From: a virus
IMG/VR virus record: IMGVR_UViG_3300021127_000004
Location: 14,700 to 78,699 of that record
Reading direction: 5' to 3' (one strand)
Length of the DNA stretch: 64,000 nt
Shown one piece after another: positions 57,845 to 64,000 of this stretch. The notes under the pieces are model-generated. The model did not search any database and had not been told where the DNA came from. It saw only the letters and a list, made by a program, of their open reading frames with translations. Both the position numbers and the translations under genes were made by a program. The first letter of the stretch is position 1. Each line of letters opens with the position of its first letter.

Positions 57845-59929
57845 ATGGATTTTTCTTCGATGAATGAAATAGAGGGGTTACAATTTATTCCTGTTGACGA
57901 TAAAAAACGTCCAATAGTAAAAAATTGGCAAACAGTAAAAGCTAAACATAATATTTCAAACTGTTACGGGGTAGGGCTTGTTTGTGGTGAACCTTCGGGT
58001 GGAGTGGAAGCCCTTGACTTCGATTTGAAATATGACATTAGCGGTGATTTATTTACTAGATACAAGAATTTAGTTCAAAATTATGACAATGGATTGCTTA
58101 AAAAACTTGTTGTACAGAAAACAAAAAATGGGGGATACCATTTGATATTTCGTTGTTCTAAGAATGAAGGTAATTTAAAACTCGCCAATAGACCAACGAC
58201 AGAAGAAGAAAGGGGAAAGACATACAGTGAAACTTATACAGCAGAATGTGCTAAGGGTAAAACACACGATGAAGCAACCAATGTGGCAAAGCGTAGTTCT
58301 GAAAACGACAAGGTTAGGGTTTTAATTGAAACAAGAGGTATAGGGGGGCAGATTGTAATTTCCCCGACAGAAGGGTATGAAATGATTTTTGGGGACTTGA
58401 TGAGTATTTCAGAGATAACTCCCGAAGAAAGAGATAGTCTATTTGGCATCGCTAGAATGTTTAATGAGGTTTTAGAAGAAGTTGCAATAGAACGTAAGGG
58501 ATACCAAAAGAAAACAGAAGGGTTAAGCCCATTTGATGATTACAATGAAAGAGGTGATGTTGTTGGTTTATTACAGAATTACGGTTGGAAGATAGTTAGT
58601 CAAAAAGGACAGAAGGTACATTTTTTAAGACCCGGACAAACAACCGCTTTAACTAGCGGTAATTATGATTATACTAGAAGGTGGTTTACTGTTTTTACTA
58701 CTAGCACAGAGTTTAATCCACAGACCGCATACTTGCCTTATGCTGTATTTGCAAAGCTAGAATGTAAGGATAATTTTTCAGAAGCAGCAAAAAGACTTTT
58801 GGATATGGGGTACGGGGAAAGAAAAGAAGAAAAGAAACCCGCAGAAAAGCCACAAAGCACTAGAAAAATATCATCTAGGGTAGATTTAGAAGATAATGAT
58901 TTCTCTTTTTTAGCTACGGGGGCAGATTATGACCCTTATTTAAAACAAGTTAGGGATGGCACTTTACCACAAGGGTTGACTACGGGATGCCCTTCTTTAG
59001 ATGAACATTTTTTATTCAAAAGGGCTTCTTTTGTGATGAATAACGGAGTAGATAACGTTGGTAAAACTAAGTTCATTTGGTGGCTTCTTTTAATTGCAGC
59101 AATGTATCACGGGTGGAAAGGGGTAATTTTTGCTAGTGAAAATACACTAGGGTCTTGTATGAGGGCTTTAATGCAATTTTATTGGGGTAAGCCACTTCAC
59201 GGAAAATACGCAATGAATGACAAGGAATACGATATAGCGTACAAGTTTGTTCAAGAACATTTTAAGTTAATAAAGGCTCAAGAGGACTTGTATAATTACA
59301 AGGACATTATCAATATGACTAAAAAGGCTAGAATTAAATACCCCGATTTAACCTATACTATGATTGACCCGTACAATAGCTTAAAAATTGATTTAAGCGG
59401 TTTTAGTAAGTTAAATACCCACGAATATCATTACGAGGCTTTAAGTGAAATGAAGGCTTATGGGCAACAAACAGACTATGGGTGGTATATTAACCACCAC
59501 GCAGTAACGGCTGCTGCAAGGGCAAAGGATGGCGAAAAAAAATATCCACTTGCCCCAAACAAAGCAGATACCGAAGGCGGACAAAAGGTCGCTAATAAGG
59601 CAGATGATTTTTTAACTATCCACCGTATAACACAACACCCCACCGAATGGATGGTAACAGAAGTTCACGTTAGGAAGATAAAAGAAACGGAAACTGGTGG
59701 TCGCCCCACATCAATAGACCACCCTGTTAAATTTGAAAGATACAAGGGGGAGTGTGCCTTTATTGAAAAACTTGAAGAAGGTACAGGAAGAAACCCAATA
59801 GACCCAATAGAAAGGTGGCATAGTATGAAAGAAGAACAGCAACAACAACCATTATTCACTCACGAACAACCCCCAATAAAAAATTGGGATAACGATGGAG
59901 TAGAGAATATTAAAGACGTAATTTTTTAA
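57845..59929 (+). CDS. bifunctional primase-polymerase (Prim-Pol) fused to SF4/DnaB-like helicase
   Basis: GLVCG...ALDFD, TKNGGYH and ETRG.GG (Prim-Pol); GVDNVGKT, IDPYN, NKADDFLTIHR and VRKIK (helicase). Confidence 0.88.
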   Translation: MDFSSMNEIEGLQFIPVDDKKRPIVKNWQTVKAKHNISNCYGVGLVCGEPSGGVEALDFDLKYDISGDLFTRYKNLVQNYDNGLLKKLVVQKTKNGGYHLIFRCSKNEGNLKLANRPTTEEERGKTYSETYTAECAKGKTHDEATNVAKRSSENDKVRVLIETRGIGGQIVISPTEGYEMIFGDLMSISEITPEERDSLFGIARMFNEVLEEVAIERKGYQKKTEGLSPFDDYNERGDVVGLLQNYGWKIVSQKGQKVHFLRPGQTTALTSGNYDYTRRWFTVFTTSTEFNPQTAYLPYAVFAKLECKDNFSEAAKRLLDMGYGERKEEKKPAEKPQSTRKISSRVDLEDNDFSFLATGADYDPYLKQVRDGTLPQGLTTGCPSLDEHFLFKRASFVMNNGVDNVGKTKFIWWLLLIAAMYHGWKGVIFASENTLGSCMRALMQFYWGKPLHGKYAMNDKEYDIAYKFVQEHFKLIKAQEDLYNYKDIINMTKKARIKYPDLTYTMIDPYNSLKIDLSGFSKLNTHEYHYEALSEMKAYGQQTDYGWYINHHAVTAAARAKDGEKKYPLAPNKADTEGGQKVANKADDFLTIHRITQHPTEWMVTEVHVRKIKETETGGRPTSIDHPVKFERYKGECAFIEKLEEGTGRNPIDPIERWHSMKEEQQQQPLFTHEQPPIKNWDNDGVENIKDVIF

Positions 59930-59953
59930 TCAAACAATAAATACAAACAAGTT

Positions 59954-60298
59954 ATGGCAGTATTAAATTTAACAGTAGTAGGTAACGTAGGTGGGGATGC
60001 AATCCTTTCAGACGTAAATGGTCGTAAAGTTTTAAAGTTTTCGGTTGCCCATACCGAAAGTTACAAAAACCAAGAAGGAGTAAAAGTAGATAAGACAGTA
60101 TGGATTTCAGTAAACTATTGGTCTGATGAAACTAAGTTGGCTTCTTTTATTAAAAAGGGGGATGTTATCTATGTAAGTGGGACACCCGAAGCAAGATGCT
60201 ATCAAGATAAAGATGGTAAGTGGGTCGCACAACAAGTACTTACAGCAAGGGAAATTAAACTTTTGCCTAATGGTAGACAAGAAAACCCCACCAATTAA
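59954..60298 (+). CDS. ssb: single-stranded DNA-binding protein
   Basis: VGNVGGDA, FSVAH, TVWISVNYW and IKKGDVIYVSG. Confidence 0.92.
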   Translation: MAVLNLTVVGNVGGDAILSDVNGRKVLKFSVAHTESYKNQEGVKVDKTVWISVNYWSDETKLASFIKKGDVIYVSGTPEARCYQDKDGKWVAQQVLTAREIKLLPNGRQENPTN

Positions 60299-60308
60299 TT
60301 AACTACAC

Positions 60309-60380
60309 GGCTCAAATTTCAATCTTAATGTATTTTGTGTATAATGTATCCAAAATTAAATTATCTTAGAAATTTGAGCC
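60309..60380. repeat. long inverted repeat
   Basis: GGCTCAAATTTC (60309-20) and GAAATTTGAGCC (60369-80), with an inner ATTTTG/CAAAAT pair. Confidence 0.8.
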
Positions 60381-60420
60381 ACTTAATGCGTTTTTAATAA
60401 CAAACTAAAAAATAAAAAAA

Positions 60421-61719
60421 ATGAGTAACAGTAAAGAACAATTATTTAGTGATGATTATGTTAAGGGGTTTTTAAACGGAGTATTGCCTCCTTTTATGGG
60501 TATGGAAACACAATGGAGTAATTATAAAAATTCACATCCCCCCATTCCCGAACCAATAGTAGAAATGCCCCGTAGTAAACACCCTATCGAGTTGGTAAAT
60601 GAAAAATACCCTAATGGGTGGTATAGTGAAGCATTTGAGGAGTTGTTTGAGGATATAGCAATAGCTAGACCTGAATTAGAGTGGGGTTGTGAAGGTTTTT
60701 TAGGGTGGGATTTTATTAAAGAAAAATTGAATAGGGGGTATAATGGGTGTGGTAACAAGTATGAAAAATTAGATGCTAATGCCACCAAAATAACCAAAGA
60801 AGAATACCTATCTATAACTAGACCAAATGAACAACCCCAACAACGAGACTATACGGGGGTGAAGTTTAGGCATAAGTCGTCGGAAGAAATTAATATATTA
60901 AACAAATACGGAAATGATTATAGGGTAGAAGGTTGGTATTACTATTCAAATGAGGCTATTACTTCATGCCAAATTTCAGTTTTATTTCAAGACGGCACTT
61001 GGATAGAAATCCCCAATGAAGAAAAATGGCAACCAAAAGTAGGCGAATTAGTAGAGATATACGGTGACAATGAATCAGACGGGGTTTTCAGAGGCGAATA
61101 CAGTTATACTACAAAAGATGGGTATCATTACATTAAGGGGAAAGATGTCATTGGGTGTATTAATATACGTCCTGCTTCTAAATCCATCCACATCGAACAA
61201 CCGAAGCCTGAACCAACACAAAGGATTGAATCTTTAGAGAAAAGTAGAAAAGAATTGTTTACTAATCAAAGTAATATTTTTAGTAGGCTAGATGCGTTAG
61301 AATTACAAGATGAAAAGTATCAGCAGATGTTATCTAAGTGGGATGAAACTTTAGAGGGATTACAACATTTATTAAAACCCCAACCAACTAAAAAAAATCT
61401 TGATATTGGTGAAGTATCAAAAAATAAAGAACCTATTTTAGTTACAGAAGATGGTGTAGAAATGTTTGACGATAGTACTTGGGTTGTTGCCTTTACTAAA
61501 GATAATTTTAGAGGTATAGAAAGCCCATTATATACTTTTAATCTTGCAGATGGATATATTTTTTACTATTCAAAAGAGGCTGCAAGTAATTATATTTTAC
61601 TAAATAAACCATGTCTTAGTTATAATGATGTTCGTAAATTTAGTAGAATGACCAATACCTTTAGCCGTGATGATATGGATAAGTTTTTAGAATTAGTTAA
61701 ATCAAAAATAAATGGATAA
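60421..61719 (+). CDS. mosaic hypothetical protein
   Basis: 432 aa ORF of short modules joined by P/Q linkers. Confidence 0.7.
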   Translation: MSNSKEQLFSDDYVKGFLNGVLPPFMGMETQWSNYKNSHPPIPEPIVEMPRSKHPIELVNEKYPNGWYSEAFEELFEDIAIARPELEWGCEGFLGWDFIKEKLNRGYNGCGNKYEKLDANATKITKEEYLSITRPNEQPQQRDYTGVKFRHKSSEEINILNKYGNDYRVEGWYYYSNEAITSCQISVLFQDGTWIEIPNEEKWQPKVGELVEIYGDNESDGVFRGEYSYTTKDGYHYIKGKDVIGCINIRPASKSIHIEQPKPEPTQRIESLEKSRKELFTNQSNIFSRLDALELQDEKYQQMLSKWDETLEGLQHLLKPQPTKKNLDIGEVSKNKEPILVTEDGVEMFDDSTWVVAFTKDNFRGIESPLYTFNLADGYIFYYSKEAASNYILLNKPCLSYNDVRKFSRMTNTFSRDDMDKFLELVKSKING

Positions 61720-61790
61720 AGAAACCACAACACAATAAACATTCTAATCCAACCCAAAAAAGATAATTCTAACTTAGTAAAAAAAAAGAA

Positions 61791-62135
61791 ATGAGCGAAC
61801 AAAGAAGTAATATTATAAGTGCTTTCCACCACCTAAAAGTATCAAGGGAGTATTGGGAAGATTTAAAAAGGGATTTGCCCGAAACCGATGCAGAAAAGTT
61901 AGCAAACCGATATATAAAAAAGATAGATTGGTGCTATGGGGATTTTATTACTATCCCTGCATTCCCCGATGCAGTAAGAGAAGGGGTTAGGTTAGAATGG
62001 AGTAGTGATGTGTTAGCAATCCCCGAAATAATGAATAAAATATCGTTACTAACCCCCGAAAAAAGAGCCTTAGTTGAAGAATTAGTAAATGCTTTATATC
62101 GAGGGGAAGAAATTACTTTTGAAGAAAAGGTTTAA
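61791..62135 (+). CDS. hypothetical protein
   Basis: 114 aa, last gene before the terminator. Confidence 0.7.
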   Translation: MSEQRSNIISAFHHLKVSREYWEDLKRDLPETDAEKLANRYIKKIDWCYGDFITIPAFPDAVREGVRLEWSSDVLAIPEIMNKISLLTPEKRALVEELVNALYRGEEITFEEKV

Positions 62136-62140
62136 TTTGT

Positions 62141-62172
62141 AAGCCCTGCATTTATATGTGGGGCTTTATTTT
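62141..62172. terminator. terminator between convergent genes
   Basis: AAGCCCTGCAT-TTAT-ATGTGGGGCTT followed by TATTTTT on +. Confidence 0.75.
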
Positions 62173-62726
62173 TGGCTATCTCTTAATTCTTTTTTATTAT
62201 AGTATTCTTGAATTTTTTTATCCCATCCATCAATTTGAATAATACCTTCTCTTATTCTACGTTGCTTTTTAGTTTCTTTAGGTCGTACATATTTAGTATC
62301 GCATTTTTTCTTTTTTTGGGGATGTTTGCTTTTATTTTTATTGTTGTTATAAGTGGGTTGTGCTTTTTTCTTGTTAACAAATATATAAGTACCCGTTTTG
62401 CCGTTGGTAACTCTATCTTCTTCCGTTGTTATCCCAATATGATTAAGGGAAAGTGTCCTATCAATATTGTAATCTGAATTTTTTAGTCTTGCTATTAATT
62501 CGTACTCACGAAGGAACAAGTCTTTTTTGTTTCTATACCCCGTTTCTAATATCTCAAATACAAAAGAATCAATACCTTGTTTATTAAAGTCTTTTTGTAA
62601 TCTAAAGTTGTGATGCTTCTTTTCTATTAAATCCTTTATGTGTTGGGACTTCCTATTAATAAAACAAACAGTAGAGCCAATATAGACCCTACTGTTTTTT
62701 ACATTTACTATTCGATATATAACCAT
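62166..62726 (-). CDS. GIY-YIG endonuclease (free-standing, homing-type)
   Basis: VIYRIVN...VYIGS...RKSQH, LQKDFNKQG..F.FEILE, RE and YN. Confidence 0.88.
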   Translation of the reverse strand: MVIYRIVNVKNSRVYIGSTVCFINRKSQHIKDLIEKKHHNFRLQKDFNKQGIDSFVFEILETGYRNKKDLFLREYELIARLKNSDYNIDRTLSLNHIGITTEEDRVTNGKTGTYIFVNKKKAQPTYNNNKNKSKHPQKKKKCDTKYVRPKETKKQRRIREGIIQIDGWDKKIQEYYNKKELRDSQK

Positions 62727-62800
62727 AGAAAAAAGTTATTTAAACTAAAAAAGCCCCGCAGGGTAAAAAAAAATAAAACCCCGTAGGGAAAGAAAAAAAA

Positions 62801-62992
62801 TCACTTCAACATTGCATCACAAACAGAAACAATATCATCCCAACTATTATCTTGGGTTAAGAATACTTCTTTGTCTTTGTAGTTAAGACGTAACCAAATA
62901 TTATCAGACCCCACTAACTTAGATATTCTTTCGTAACGGGGGTGATGTAACAAAGTAGTAATGTTATGTTCCCAAACTTCTTGTTCAATCAT
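62801..62992 (-). CDS. hypothetical protein
   Basis: ATG 62992 follows the stop of the upstream small ORF (the track starts it at TTG 63010). Confidence 0.5.
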   Translation of the reverse strand: MIEQEVWEHNITTLLHHPRYERISKLVGSDNIWLRLNYKDKEVFLTQDNSWDDIVSVCDAMLK

Positions 62993-62993
62993 T

Positions 62994-63158
62994 TCAGAAT
63001 AAATTATCAATTAAAATAATAGAGTAACGTTTCCCCTTCCAATTATAGTAAAGAACAAGTAACCCTGCTTTTGGTAGATAGTCAAATGAAATCTCCAATG
63101 TTAAAAGTAGAATTATAAAAAGGGGAATTATTGCACCACAAAAAAATAGACTTGTCAT
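62994..63158 (-). CDS. 54-aa membrane protein
   Basis: MTSLFFCGAIIPLFIILLLTLEISFDYLPKAG...; fills the gap between neighbours. Confidence 0.45.
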   Translation of the reverse strand: MTSLFFCGAIIPLFIILLLTLEISFDYLPKAGLLVLYYNWKGKRYSIILIDNLF

Positions 63159-63159
63159 T

Positions 63160-63528
63160 TTACTTTTGTTTTAATTGTTTTTTTAAATCTGAAATTCTTT
63201 TCGCTTTGCCTTTTTTATAAATATCTATTGCCCAAGTTGCAGTTATGTGTGAGGGGCGTTTCTCATTTTCTATTTCGTCAATCTTTTCCCAAATTAAATC
63301 ATCACTACCCAACTCTACTTTAGGCTCTGCTCTTTTTTCTTCTGCCTTTTTGGCAACTGAAATTTCTTTTATGGGGTTTATTTCTCCCAAAGGAATAGGG
63401 TTGTGTGAAAACCAAAAGTTATCTACGAAGTAATCTACTAATTTTTGATTACCCGTTATTCCTAACTTTTCTTTTGCAAAAGCCGCTCTTTCACTAAATC
63501 TTATTCCCGTAGGTTTACTTTTTGCCAT
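63160..63528 (-). CDS. hypothetical protein, possible N-terminal DNA-binding domain
   Basis: KSKPTGIRF...KLVDYFV; preceded by a canonical promoter. Confidence 0.6.
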   Translation of the reverse strand: MAKSKPTGIRFSERAAFAKEKLGITGNQKLVDYFVDNFWFSHNPIPLGEINPIKEISVAKKAEEKRAEPKVELGSDDLIWEKIDEIENEKRPSHITATWAIDIYKKGKAKRISDLKKQLKQK

Positions 63529-63545
63529 GTGCTACAAATGTGCGT

Positions 63546-63577
63546 CAAAGGTAGCACACTATCTTTGAATAAACAAA
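63546..63577 (-). promoter_or_regulatory. Bacteroidota housekeeping-sigma promoter
   Basis: minus strand TTTG (63574-77), N20, TACCTTTG (63546-53). Confidence 0.75.
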
Positions 63578-63578
63578 C

Positions 63579-63854
63579 TTATTTTTTCAAATTGGCGTAA
63601 TAATCTTCCAATATTTTCGATAATTCGGGGTTTGAAGTAACGAATTGACCTCCCCATTTTCTTACTTTTATGACATCTAAACCGCTTTCGGTTATCCAAT
63701 TTTCGATGTCTATTTTTTGTTTTTCGGTGGGGTTTTGATACCCGTGAAGTAGGGTTACGACTTCCCCAATACCCCAATTTAGACCTACTGAAACTTGTTC
63801 ATAGTCAAGGTTATTATCCCTCATAACCCTTCTTAAATGTTCTATTGCTGCCAT
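63579..63854 (-). CDS. HTH (XRE-like) protein
   Basis: LRRVMRDNNLDYEQVSVGLNWGIGEVVTLLHGYQNPT. Confidence 0.5.
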   Translation of the reverse strand: MAAIEHLRRVMRDNNLDYEQVSVGLNWGIGEVVTLLHGYQNPTEKQKIDIENWITESGLDVIKVRKWGGQFVTSNPELSKILEDYYANLKK

Positions 63855-64000
63855 AATATTTATATGTTTTTACAAAGGTGCAAGGGGGTTTTCACCCCAC
63901 CAAATCTAATCGGTAAACAACCAACCCCTAACACTAGAACCCACACACACGAAAGGGAATAAACCAACATAACCAAAACAAAACGGTAAAACCCCCGTTA

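Noticed and set aside
1-64000. Stop-codon reassignment as in some crAss-like phages
   Set aside because: Standard-code ORFs tile the window almost without gaps, and TAG and TGA both end genes normally
1-64000. CRISPR array, tRNA or rRNA genes
   Set aside because: No regularly spaced repeats; intergenic gaps are tiny; the 1385-1481 hairpins lack an acceptor stem and T-loop arrangement
63880-64000. A/C-skewed non-coding tail as a genome terminus or terminal repeat
   Set aside because: It is truncated by the window edge and no second copy is visible, so it cannot be supported

Overview
The whole window is a gene-dense, AT-rich segment of a tailed dsDNA phage genome. The host is almost certainly a Bacteroidota: there are several TTTG-N19-21-TAnnTTTG promoters, no Shine-Dalgarno motifs were noticed, and the signal peptides follow the Q-rule. 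The structural module is podovirus-like and reminiscent of crAss-related phages. Positions ~1-55.8 kb are mostly on the minus strand. They hold the lysis genes (GH24 endolysin, u-spanin, holins), fibre/decoration proteins, major capsid, scaffold, portal, tail ring and stabilisation proteins, terminase, an ATP-grasp ligase plus zincin pair, and ejection proteins (one of 2835 aa). They also hold GroEL/GroES, a glycosyltransferase/methyltransferase cassette, NinG, and a NARP1-like NAD-reconstitution operon with an inserted HAD phosphatase. Positions 55.9-62.1 kb on the plus strand carry a Cro-like HTH, KilA-N, a replication initiator with iterons, a primpol-helicase and SSB. The most striking observation is five consecutive fibre/decoration-type genes (1961-8666) that all carry Sec/SPI signal peptides cleaved before Gln. 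Four of them are enriched in the Bacteroidota O-glycosylation sequon D-(S/T)-x, and the phage encodes its own fucosyl/galactosyl-type transferases and a sugar O-methyltransferase. This suggests periplasmic export and glycosylation of virion appendages. All calls come from motif reading by eye; no database searches were run.
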